Part shown: piece after piece, positions 17,049-25,117 of the stretch | How the letters are laid out: the number at the start of each line of letters is the position of its first letter | Numbering within the stretch: the first letter of the stretch is position 1 | Origin: Alphaproteobacteria bacterium | GTDB taxonomy: Bacteria > Pseudomonadota > Alphaproteobacteria > Micropepsales > Micropepsaceae | DNA length: 43,465 nucleotides | NCBI GenBank assembly: GCA_034665805.1 | Contig: JAXDMY010000011.1 | Location: 1-43,465 of the forward strand | Reading direction: 5' to 3' | Program-made: the position numbers and the translations under genes | Notes under the pieces: model-generated | The model's database searches: none | What the model was told of the DNA's origin: nothing | Seen by the model: only the letters and a program-made list of their open reading frames with translations

Positions 17049-17969
17049 ATGGAAATTTATCTTCCCGTCGCCCAGCTTTCCGTGAACTGGGCCATGATCC
17101 TGGGCGTGGGCGCCGCGGTCGGGTTTCTTTCCGGCATGTTCGGCGTAGGCGGCGGATTTCTCATGACTCCGCTATTGGTGTTTTACGGCATTCCGCCGGG
17201 CATCGCGGTCGCCACCCAAGCCAGCCACATTACCGCGTCATCGCTTTCGGGTGCCTTGGCGCAATGGCGGCGCCAAGGCGTGGACGCAAAAATGGGGACC
17301 ATGCTGCTTTCCGGCGGCTTGGCGGGTTCGGCGATCGGCGTTTACATTTTTCGTGAGTTGCAGCGGCTCGGTCAGATCGAGCTTGTCGTAACAGCGAGCT
17401 ATGTGGTCCTCTTAGGTTCGATCGGCGGATTGATGCTGAACGAGAGCATCCGCGCCATTCGCAGGGCCCGGACGGGCGGGAACGCCGCGCCGACGAAGAC
17501 CGGCGTGCACAGCTGGATCCATGGACTCCCGTTCAAGATCCGGTTTCGCCGCTCCAAATTGTATATCAGCGTGATTCCACCGGTGGTGTTGGGATTCCTC
17601 GTTGGCGTCTTGACGGCCATCATGGGCGTTGGCGGCGGCTTCATCATGGTACCGGCGATGATCTATCTCTTGCGGATGCCGACCAATGTCGTGATCGGCA
17701 CCTCGCAGTTCCAGATCCTGTTCGTTACCGCCGCAACCACCATCCTGCACGCCACCAGCGATCAGACTGTCGACATCGTCCTTGCGTTTCTTCTGGTGAT
17801 CGGCGGCGTGGTGGGCGTTCAGTTGGGCGTGCGCGTGGGCTCTCAGATGCGCGGCGAGCAATTGCGGGCACTGCTTGCCGTTCTGGTCGTCGGTGTCGCC
17901 CTCAGGCTCTTCATTGGCCTGGTGACCACGCCGGGCGACATCTATTCGATCGTGGCGGGCACGCCATGA
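17049..17969 (+). CDS. TSUP (TauE/SafE) family membrane transporter
   Basis: First ATG of the frame is at 17049 (the track start 17031 is TTG). Repeated GxGGGF motifs (GMFGVGGGFLMTPLL, IMGVGGGFIMVPAMIYL). About 8 hydrophobic helices. Confidence 0.75.
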   Translation: MEIYLPVAQLSVNWAMILGVGAAVGFLSGMFGVGGGFLMTPLLVFYGIPPGIAVATQASHITASSLSGALAQWRRQGVDAKMGTMLLSGGLAGSAIGVYIFRELQRLGQIELVVTASYVVLLGSIGGLMLNESIRAIRRARTGGNAAPTKTGVHSWIHGLPFKIRFRRSKLYISVIPPVVLGFLVGVLTAIMGVGGGFIMVPAMIYLLRMPTNVVIGTSQFQILFVTAATTILHATSDQTVDIVLAFLLVIGGVVGVQLGVRVGSQMRGEQLRALLAVLVVGVALRLFIGLVTTPGDIYSIVAGTP

Positions 17970-18739
17970 GGCTGCGCGCACCCCTTTATTGGATAGCTTT
18001 GATCGCCGCGCTCCTCGCCCGGACCCCGGCAACGGCCGACGATCTCGTTTCGGGACTATCCACCGATCTCATCCAGATCACCTCAAACTTCACCGGCACC
18101 GACATCGTGATGTTCGGTGCGATCGAGCCGTCCGAAGAGACAGGCCCGGCGAAGGATCGGGATCTTGTGATCGTCATCCGCGGGCCACAGCTGGATATGA
18201 CCGTGCGGCGCAAAAAGCGGATCCTTGGCATCTGGGTCAATCGGGAGCAGGTCGAGCTGCTCGGACTCCCGGGCTATTATTTCCTTGCCAGCACGCGGCC
18301 ACTGGACGACATCGCCTCGCCCGCGACGGTGACGCGCTTCCATCTCGGCACCGCCAATTTGGAAGCGACCACTAAGGGCAATATCGGTCCTGACGAAGCC
18401 GCTGCATTTCGCGCCGCCGCGATTAGGGATCGCAAGCGCGAGCATCTTTATTGGGAAAGCCCCACCGGCATCGAATTCCTGAGTCGCACCCTCTTTCGTG
18501 CTCGTATCCAGGTCCCGGCCTCCGTTCCGCCCGGCGAATACCGCGCGGAGGTTTATCTCTTCCAGAACGGTACAATCGTGAGTGCGCAATCCTCGCCGCT
18601 TTTCATCGACAAGAGCGGGTTCGAGCGGCAGGTCTACAATTATGCCTACCAAGCGTCGTTCGCTTACGGCTTTGCCGCCGTGCTGATGGCCCTTGCGTTC
18701 GGCTGGGCGGGATATTTGGTGTTCCGGCAGAGCCAATAA
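17966..18739 (+). CDS. conserved alphaproteobacterial membrane-anchored protein (TIGR02186 / Alph_Pro_TM-like)
   Basis: 257 aa. Signal peptide MRLRAPLYWIALIAALLARTPATADD and a C-terminal TM helix FAYGFAAVLMALAFGWAGYLVF. ATGA overlap with the TSUP gene. The family name is from recollection of the conserved TSUP + TIGR02186 pair. Confidence 0.55.
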   Translation: MRLRAPLYWIALIAALLARTPATADDLVSGLSTDLIQITSNFTGTDIVMFGAIEPSEETGPAKDRDLVIVIRGPQLDMTVRRKKRILGIWVNREQVELLGLPGYYFLASTRPLDDIASPATVTRFHLGTANLEATTKGNIGPDEAAAFRAAAIRDRKREHLYWESPTGIEFLSRTLFRARIQVPASVPPGEYRAEVYLFQNGTIVSAQSSPLFIDKSGFERQVYNYAYQASFAYGFAAVLMALAFGWAGYLVFRQSQ

Positions 18740-19927
18740 TCAGCTGAAGGCCTGTATGCCGGTCTGCGCGCGGCCCAAGACGAGCGCATGGATGTCATGC
18801 GTTCCTTCGTAGGTGTTGACCGCTTCGAGGTTCAACACGTGCCGGATGACGTTGTATTCATCCGCGACGCCATTGCCCCCATGCATGTCGCGCGCGAGCC
18901 GCGCAATATCGAGCGCCTTGCCGCAATTGTTGCGCTTCATCAGCGAAATGATTTCCGGCGCGGCTTTGCCCTGATCCAGCAACCGCCCGAGGCGCAGCGC
19001 CCCTAACAGCCCCAGCGCGATCTCGGTCTGCATGTCGGCCAGCTTTTTCTGGACCAGCTGATTGGCGGCCAAGGGCCTGCCGAATTGGCTGCGGTCGATT
19101 GTGTATTGCCGCGACGCATGCCAGCAGAACTCGGCCGCGCCCATGACGCCCCACACGATCCCGAAGCGCGCCTTGTTGAGGCATCCGAAGGGTCCTGCGA
19201 GTCCGCGTACATTGGGAAGCATGTTTTCTTCAGGAACGAAGCAATCTTCGAGCACGATCTCGCCGGTCGGCGAGGCGCGCAGCGAAAACTTGCCCTCGAT
19301 CTTGGGCGTGGAAAAACCCTTCGTCCCGCGTTCCACCAGAAATCCGCGAATGCGGTCGTCGTCGGCCTTGGCCCACACCACCGCGACATCGGCATAAGGC
19401 GAATTGGTGATCCAGGTCTTCGCGCCATTCAGGCGAAAGCCGCCAGGCGCCTTGGCCGCCCGCGTGGTCATCGAGCCCGGGTCCGATCCGTGATCGGGCT
19501 CGGTCAGCCCGAAGCAGCCGATCAGCTCGCCGCACGCCAGCTTGGGAAGGAATTTGCGCTTCTGCTCCGGGCTGCCATAGGCGTGGATAGGGTACATGAC
19601 CAGCGCGCTCTGCACGCTGAGAATCGAACGGTAACCGGAATCGACTCGTTCGACCTCGCGCGCGATCAACCCATAGGCGACATTGTTCAATCCCGCCCCG
19701 CCCTCTTCTTCGGGAAGAGTCGCGCCAAGAAAGCCCATCTCGCCCATCGCCGTCATCACGCTGCGGTCGAAGCGCTCATGGCGAAAATCATCGCGCGCGC
19801 GGGGGCTGAGCTTGGCTTGGCAGAAGCGCCGCGCATTGTCCCGCACCATGCGCTCATGTTCCGAAAGCTCCTGCTCGAGGAGAAATGGGTCGGCCCAATC
19901 GAATGCGGAATCTGCCATGGCCAGCAA
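18740..19927 (-). CDS. gcdH: glutaryl-CoA dehydrogenase
   Basis: 395 aa. [76 protein letters not shown]. Close colinearity with GCDH-type acyl-CoA dehydrogenases. Confidence 0.9.
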   Translation of the reverse strand: MLAMADSAFDWADPFLLEQELSEHERMVRDNARRFCQAKLSPRARDDFRHERFDRSVMTAMGEMGFLGATLPEEEGGAGLNNVAYGLIAREVERVDSGYRSILSVQSALVMYPIHAYGSPEQKRKFLPKLACGELIGCFGLTEPDHGSDPGSMTTRAAKAPGGFRLNGAKTWITNSPYADVAVVWAKADDDRIRGFLVERGTKGFSTPKIEGKFSLRASPTGEIVLEDCFVPEENMLPNVRGLAGPFGCLNKARFGIVWGVMGAAEFCWHASRQYTIDRSQFGRPLAANQLVQKKLADMQTEIALGLLGALRLGRLLDQGKAAPEIISLMKRNNCGKALDIARLARDMHGGNGVADEYNVIRHVLNLEAVNTYEGTHDIHALVLGRAQTGIQAFS

Positions 19928-19935
19928 TTCTCTCC

Positions 19936-20691
19936 TCAGCTTGCAAGGAATGCGACGACAGCGTCCTTATAGGCGCGATCGCCTACGGTCGAATGATGGT
20001 TGCGTTTGGGAATGATCACCAGGCGGCCGTCGCGAAAGGCCCGTGCCAGCGGCTCGGGCGAAGCGATGAGATTGTCTTCGGCTCCGCACGCCACGAGCAC
20101 CGGCTGCGGGAAGGCGTGCAACTCCTCGGCCGAGAAGATCTGGCGGGGCCTGCGTATGCAGGCCGCCATGGCCAGAAGGTCGTCACCTGCCTTTTCGCAA
20201 AAGACGCGAAACTCCTTCGCCACGGAATCGGAGATTTTCGCCGGGTCCTTGGCCAGAAGCCCACGCGCGATGATATCGGCGCGCTCTTTGGAGAAATGGA
20301 AATAATTCTCGCCCAACCCGCCCAACACGGCCCGCCGCACGCGGCCCGGCGCATCATGCATCAGCCGGATCGCCAGCTGGGCGCCCATCGAATAGCCCAT
20401 GACATCGACCTCCGGTATTTCGAGCGCCGCAAGCACGGCGAGGACATCCATCGCCATGCGGCCCTCGTCGTAATCCTCCGAATCATGCGGCTTCTCGGAC
20501 TCCCCATGGCCGCGGCAATCCAGGGCGATGAGTTTGTGTCCGGCATGGGTCAGGGTCTGGTACCAGTTCGTATTTGCCCAAGTGATGAGGCGGTTGGCGC
20601 CGAAACCGTGGATCAGCAGAATGGGAGGGCCCTCGCCGATGCAATCATAGGCGATGTCGGTCCCGTCGGAGGCGGTGACGTAATAGGTCAT
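19936..20691 (-). CDS. alpha/beta-fold hydrolase
   Basis: Start at the first ATG (20691; the track start 20721 is TTG). [31 protein letters not shown], nucleophile elbow GYSMGA, CRGHGES. Its stop is 8 nt upstream of the gcdH start. Confidence 0.8.
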   Translation of the reverse strand: MTYYVTASDGTDIAYDCIGEGPPILLIHGFGANRLITWANTNWYQTLTHAGHKLIALDCRGHGESEKPHDSEDYDEGRMAMDVLAVLAALEIPEVDVMGYSMGAQLAIRLMHDAPGRVRRAVLGGLGENYFHFSKERADIIARGLLAKDPAKISDSVAKEFRVFCEKAGDDLLAMAACIRRPRQIFSAEELHAFPQPVLVACGAEDNLIASPEPLARAFRDGRLVIIPKRNHHSTVGDRAYKDAVVAFLAS

Positions 20692-20728
20692 GGCGGCTAA
20701 CTCGCGCGTTTGAGGCTTCAACGCAAGC

Positions 20729-20801
20729 TAGTGTGGCTTTGAATCCGAAATTCGCCCGGAGCATTGCCCAAGCAGTTGCGAATTCCGGATTTGCCACACT
20801 A
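20729..20801. repeat. long imperfect inverted repeat (24-27-bp arms, 22-nt spacer) in the divergent hydrolase/DUF423 intergenic region
   Basis: Left arm TAGTGTGGCTTTGAATCCGAAATTCGC (20729-20755). Right arm GCGAATTCCGGATTTGCCACACTA (20778-20801). 22 of the 24 right-arm positions form Watson-Crick pairs, plus one G-T pair, one mismatch and a 3-nt TTT bulge in the left arm. Confidence 0.8.
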
Positions 20802-20835
20802 TTGCCACGGGACCCAGACCAGCCCAGCATATGCC

Positions 20836-21198
20836 ATGAACAGATGGCTCCTGGTCGGTGCGGTGAATGGGTTCCTGGCGGTGGCTGCAGGCGCCTTCGC
20901 GGCCCATGGTCTGGAGTCATCGGTCGCGCCCCGCGCTCTGGAGGTTTTCCAGACCGGTGCGCATTACCATCTCACGCACGCACTGGCGATTGTGGCCACA
21001 TCCCTGATTGCCCGGCCTGCGGCTGTCGCCCGCGCGAATCTTGCGGCGTGGTTTTTCACCGTGGGTATCGTGCTGTTCTCGGGGTCGCTCTATTTCATGG
21101 TGCTGACGGGTTCCAATGCGCTCGCGCTTGTCACCCCGCTGGGCGGTCTGTCGCTTCTGGCCGGCTGGCTGACCCTTGCCATGTCCGCACTCAAATGA
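20836..21198 (+). CDS. DUF423 (YgdD-like) small membrane protein
   Basis: First ATG is at 20836. MNRWLLVGAVNGFLAVAAGAFAAHGL...QTGAHYHLTHALA...FSGSLY. Four hydrophobic helices. Confidence 0.7.
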   Translation: MNRWLLVGAVNGFLAVAAGAFAAHGLESSVAPRALEVFQTGAHYHLTHALAIVATSLIARPAAVARANLAAWFFTVGIVLFSGSLYFMVLTGSNALALVTPLGGLSLLAGWLTLAMSALK

Positions 21199-21240
21199 GG
21201 GCTTCAAGAGGGCCGCCGAAACTGCGAATCTCCAACGCCC

Positions 21241-22125
21241 ATGTCGCCCGCCAAACAAACCGATAGTTTCTCTTATGCCACCGAGGACGATCCGCGGCTC
21301 AAGCGCCTGCTCATCCGCGCGGTCGAGCGCATGACCGGCCAGCCCTATTTGAAGAGTCTTTACGACGAGCAGCGCAGCAACCGCGCTCCGGGCGAAAATT
21401 TCTGGGCGGCGGCGATCCGCAGTCTCGAGCTGAAGATCGTCTATAACGAAGATGCTCTAGAGTGCCTTCCCGCCACCGGAGCCCTTGTTATTGTCGCCAA
21501 CCATCCGTTCGGGGTTTTGGACGGGCTGATCATCAGCCATCTGACTTCGAAGCTGCGCGAAGACTTCCTCGTGCTCACCAACAGCGTGTTGTATCGGGCC
21601 GAGGAGATCCGCTCCCATCTGCTGCCCATCGACTTTGCCGAGACCAAGGAGGCGCTCAGCACCAATCTCAAATCTCGTGCCGCAGCCAAAGCCCATCTCG
21701 TCAAGGGCGGTTGCCTGGTGATTTTCCCCGCGGGCGGCGCCTCCACCGCACCCAAGCCGTGGAGCAAACGCGCCGTGGACCCCGAGTGGAAGAACTTCAC
21801 CGCACGGCTCATTATCGCGGCAAAGGCGCCGGTGGTACCGGTCTACTTTGCCGGACAGAACAGCCGCCTATTCCAGATCGCCAGCCATATCAGCCTGACG
21901 CTGCGGCTCTCGCTCTTCTTCAAGGAGGTTTATGACAAGATCGGCAGCGAGATTCAGATGCGCATCGGCCAAGTGATCCCTTACAAGGACTTGGAAGCCC
22001 TCGACCGCAAGGACCTGATGGAACATTTGCGCAAGGCGACCTACGAGCTCGGCGCCAGCCTGCCGCACAGAAGGATTCGTGGCCGGCGGCCCAGCGCTTC
22101 GCGGAAGCCCAAGAAATCTTCATGA
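21241..22125 (+). CDS. lysophospholipid/glycerolipid acyltransferase family protein (PlsC/OlsA-like)
   Basis: 294 aa. LVIVANHPFGVLDGLII (acyltransferase His-Asp box context) and CLVIFPAGGAS (block III-like). Lys/Arg-rich C-terminal tail. Confidence 0.7.
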   Translation: MSPAKQTDSFSYATEDDPRLKRLLIRAVERMTGQPYLKSLYDEQRSNRAPGENFWAAAIRSLELKIVYNEDALECLPATGALVIVANHPFGVLDGLIISHLTSKLREDFLVLTNSVLYRAEEIRSHLLPIDFAETKEALSTNLKSRAAAKAHLVKGGCLVIFPAGGASTAPKPWSKRAVDPEWKNFTARLIIAAKAPVVPVYFAGQNSRLFQIASHISLTLRLSLFFKEVYDKIGSEIQMRIGQVIPYKDLEALDRKDLMEHLRKATYELGASLPHRRIRGRRPSASRKPKKSS

Positions 22126-22871
22126 CACGCGTCGGGCTCTTGATCACCTGCCTCGCCGACATGTTCCGGCCAGAGGTGGGTTTTGCGAGCGTGAAATTGC
22201 TCGAGCAGGCGGGCTGCGAGGTGGAGGTGCCGCCGCAGAGCTGCTGCGGTCAACCGGCGTACAATGCCGGGGACGAAACCGACGCCGCAGCGCTTGCGAA
22301 GAACACGATCGCGATTTTCGAGCGGTTCGACTATGTCGTCGTGCCGTCGGGCTCGTGCGGCGGGATGGTCAAGGTGCACTATCCCCGGCTCTTGCAAAGC
22401 GATGCCGCCTGGTCCGCGCGCGCGGATGCCCTGGCCGCCAAGACGCATGAGTTGTTTTCGTTTCGGGTGAATGTGTGCGGACTGAAGAGCGTCTCCGCCC
22501 AATGCACGGGCAATGCCGCCTATCATGATTCCTGTTCCTCTTTGCGCGAGATGGGGGTCTCGTCCGAACCGCGCCTTTTGCTGAAATCGGTGAGCGGTCT
22601 GTCCTTGCGCGATTTTTCGGAAAAGGAAACCTGCTGCGGTTTCGGCGGATTCTTTTCCGTCAAATATCCGGAAATCTCGGCGCGCATGGCCGACGACAAG
22701 ATCGCCGAGGCCAAGGCGAGCGGCGCAGACATGATTCTTGCCGGCGATTTGGGTTGCTTGCTGCATTTGGCAGGAAGGTTGGCGCGCAGGGGCGAGACGA
22801 TGAGCGTCCGTCATGCGGCCGAAGTGCTGGCCGACATGGGAGACTCGGCACCCATCGGCGAGGCGCCCTAG
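22122..22871 (+). CDS. lutA: L-lactate utilisation protein LutA (YkgE-type, CCG-domain Fe-S oxidoreductase subunit)
   Basis: MTRVGLLITCLADMFRPEVG, SCCGQPAYNAGD, ETCCGFGG (two CCG motifs). ATGA overlap with the acyltransferase stop. Confidence 0.85.
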   Translation: MTRVGLLITCLADMFRPEVGFASVKLLEQAGCEVEVPPQSCCGQPAYNAGDETDAAALAKNTIAIFERFDYVVVPSGSCGGMVKVHYPRLLQSDAAWSARADALAAKTHELFSFRVNVCGLKSVSAQCTGNAAYHDSCSSLREMGVSSEPRLLLKSVSGLSLRDFSEKETCCGFGGFFSVKYPEISARMADDKIAEAKASGADMILAGDLGCLLHLAGRLARRGETMSVRHAAEVLADMGDSAPIGEAP

Positions 22872-24301
22872 TGTCCAGCGATGCGCGCGATTTTCCCCAG
22901 GCTGCACGCATGGCGCTGCAAAATGCACGCCTTCAAGGCGCCCTTGGCCATCTCAAAGAAGGCTTCCAGGTCCGGCGCGCGGCCGCCTTCGCGACATTTC
23001 CCATCCCCTTTGAGTCCTTGCGCGAACAGGGGCGCGCCATTCGGGAGGCAGCGCTGTCGCGTCTGGACGAATTGCTCATCCAATTCGAAACGCAAGTGCG
23101 AAGCGCAGGCGGACACGTCCATTGGGCCCGCGATGCGGCGGAAGCGCGCGATGTCATCACGGCCCTTCTGAAAGAGCGCGCTGCCCGTTCCGTCACCAAA
23201 GGCAAATCCATGGTGACGGAGGAAATCGAGTTGAACGCGCATCTCAGCGCTCACGGAATAAACCCGGTTGAGACGGACCTCGGCGAGTACATCATCCAGC
23301 TTCGCAATGAGCGCCCGAGCCACATCGTGGCGCCGGCCTTTCATCTCAGGCGTGAGGACGTGGAAGCGAGCTTCCGCAGCAAGCACGAGACTCTTCCCCC
23401 CAGTCGAAAGCTGGACGACCGCCCGGCTTTGGTAGCCGAGGCCCGTGCCGTTCTGAGGCAGCACTTCGAGTCGGCGGACGCCGGAATCACAGGCGCGAAT
23501 TTTCTCGTGGCCGAAACGGGAACGGCAATCATCGTCACCAATGAGGGCAATGGCGATCTGACGCGGCTGCTGCCGCGCACGCATATAGTTGTTGCCGGAA
23601 TCGAGAAGATCGTGCCACGGCTGGAAGACGCTTCCATCCTGCTCCGCCTGCTGACGCGTTCGGCGACGGGACAGGAGATCACCTCCTATGTGAGCTTCAT
23701 GAGTGGACCCAAACGCGCCGGCGACGCTGACGGGCCGGAGGATTTCCATGTCGTGTTGCTCGACAATGGCCGGAGCGCGCTGCTTGCCAGTCCGGCGCGC
23801 GAAGTGCTGCACTGCATCCGCTGCGGCGCGTGCATGAATCATTGCCCGGTCTATGGCGCTATCGGCGGTCACGCCTATGGCGCGACCTATCCTGGCCCTC
23901 TTGGCGCCGCCCTCGATCCCGGGCTCGACGGTTTGGCCAAGACCTATCACCTCCCCAATGCATCGAGCTTCTGTGGCCGCTGCGAATCCGTGTGTCCGGT
24001 GAAAATCCCGCTTACCCGCATCATGCGGCACTGGCGCAATGAGAGTTTCGCGCGCGGTATTCCCTCTTCGGCTTTCAATGTCGGTCTGAAACTCTGGAGT
24101 TCGGTGGCGCTTCGCCCCAGACTTTATGGGATGGCGACGCGAGTGGTGGCCAGCGTGATGCGGCTGGCCGCAGGACGAGGAGGGCGGCTGCGCTCGCTCC
24201 CCGTTCTGTCGGGCTGGTTCGTCGTTCGCGATCTTGCCAAACCGGCGGCCGAAAGCTTCCAGTCGCAGTGGAAAAAACGCCGGGCGGGAAATCGCCCATG
24301 A
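22871..24301 (+). CDS. lutB: L-lactate utilisation protein LutB (YkgF-type, 4Fe-4S + LUD domain)
   Basis: GTG at 22871 overlaps the lutA TAG (TAGTG) and is in frame with track ORF 22754..24301. The N-terminus DFPQAARMALQNARLQGAL parallels the YkgF N-terminus. Ferredoxin motifs CIRCGACMNHCPVY and CGRCESVCPVKIP. The next in-frame ATG is at 22910. Confidence 0.85.
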   Translation: MSSDARDFPQAARMALQNARLQGALGHLKEGFQVRRAAAFATFPIPFESLREQGRAIREAALSRLDELLIQFETQVRSAGGHVHWARDAAEARDVITALLKERAARSVTKGKSMVTEEIELNAHLSAHGINPVETDLGEYIIQLRNERPSHIVAPAFHLRREDVEASFRSKHETLPPSRKLDDRPALVAEARAVLRQHFESADAGITGANFLVAETGTAIIVTNEGNGDLTRLLPRTHIVVAGIEKIVPRLEDASILLRLLTRSATGQEITSYVSFMSGPKRAGDADGPEDFHVVLLDNGRSALLASPAREVLHCIRCGACMNHCPVYGAIGGHAYGATYPGPLGAALDPGLDGLAKTYHLPNASSFCGRCESVCPVKIPLTRIMRHWRNESFARGIPSSAFNVGLKLWSSVALRPRLYGMATRVVASVMRLAAGRGGRLRSLPVLSGWFVVRDLAKPAAESFQSQWKKRRAGNRP

Positions 24302-24906
24302 GCGCCGCGCGCGAAGCGATCCTGCAGGCGATCGCCCGAGGCCGGCCGGGAGCGCGCGCCGTTCCGGATTATCGTCTTCCCTCCTGGACCGCCGATCCGG
24401 CGGCCCATTTCATCGCGAAGGCAAAGGCCAGCGTTGCGCATGTCCATGAAATCAAATCGGCAGGAGAGGTGCCCGCTTCGATCTGGTCAATCATGATGCA
24501 GATGCGGCTTCCTCCGCGTCTGCAAGTTCCCGAGATTTCGCCACTGAACGCGCTTGCCTGGGATCGCGCGCCCGGATTGATTCTATCGGCGGCCCCGCCC
24601 GATGGAAATGCATGCGCCGCTGCCGCGGCCGATTATGGAATCGCCGAGACCGGCACCCTCGTCTTCCTCTCAGGACCGCGCAGCCCCTCCTCTTGGCACT
24701 TTCGGCCAGGCTGCGAATTCGCGCTGGTGATGCGGAACTCCATCGTTCCGCGCTTCGAAGACATCGCCGCCATTCTGACCGCCGGGCCAAGCATGCCGGC
24801 CACGCTCAATCTCGTGACCGGCCCCTCGCGCACCGCCGATATCGAACAGACCATAGAATTGGGCGCGCACGGCCCTCGCGACGTTCACATCCTTATCGTC
24901 GGATAA
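24298..24906 (+). CDS. lutC: L-lactate utilisation protein LutC (YkgG-type, LUD domain)
   Basis: The ATG at 24298 forms an ATGA overlap with the lutB stop. MSAAREAILQAIARGRP..., ADYGIAETGTLVF, TGPSRTADIE. Confidence 0.8.
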   Translation: MSAAREAILQAIARGRPGARAVPDYRLPSWTADPAAHFIAKAKASVAHVHEIKSAGEVPASIWSIMMQMRLPPRLQVPEISPLNALAWDRAPGLILSAAPPDGNACAAAAADYGIAETGTLVFLSGPRSPSSWHFRPGCEFALVMRNSIVPRFEDIAAILTAGPSMPATLNLVTGPSRTADIEQTIELGAHGPRDVHILIVG

Positions 24907-25117
24907 TTTCGTTCGGACGTTTCGATACCTTCTGTTTACTCTATTCCTAAAGCTTGAGTTAAACGTGTCATTAAGCTGTGCCCCCTATCTTGGGTTGTTC
25001 GCGAAAAGACATAGCGGGGTTATATGCGCGCGGCGCAATCGTTGTGGACGGCACAGCGGGGCTGGACCGGCAAATCCGAGGGTAAGGCCGATCTTTTGCT
25101 CGCCTTCGGAGGCACGT

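Noticed and set aside
24907-25117. Possible riboswitch or sRNA in the 210-nt lutC-kinase spacer
   Set aside because: I could not match it to any riboswitch consensus I remember (c-di-GMP-I, cobalamin, SAM-II). I could fold only weak hairpins. It is kept only as a leader in the kinase finding.
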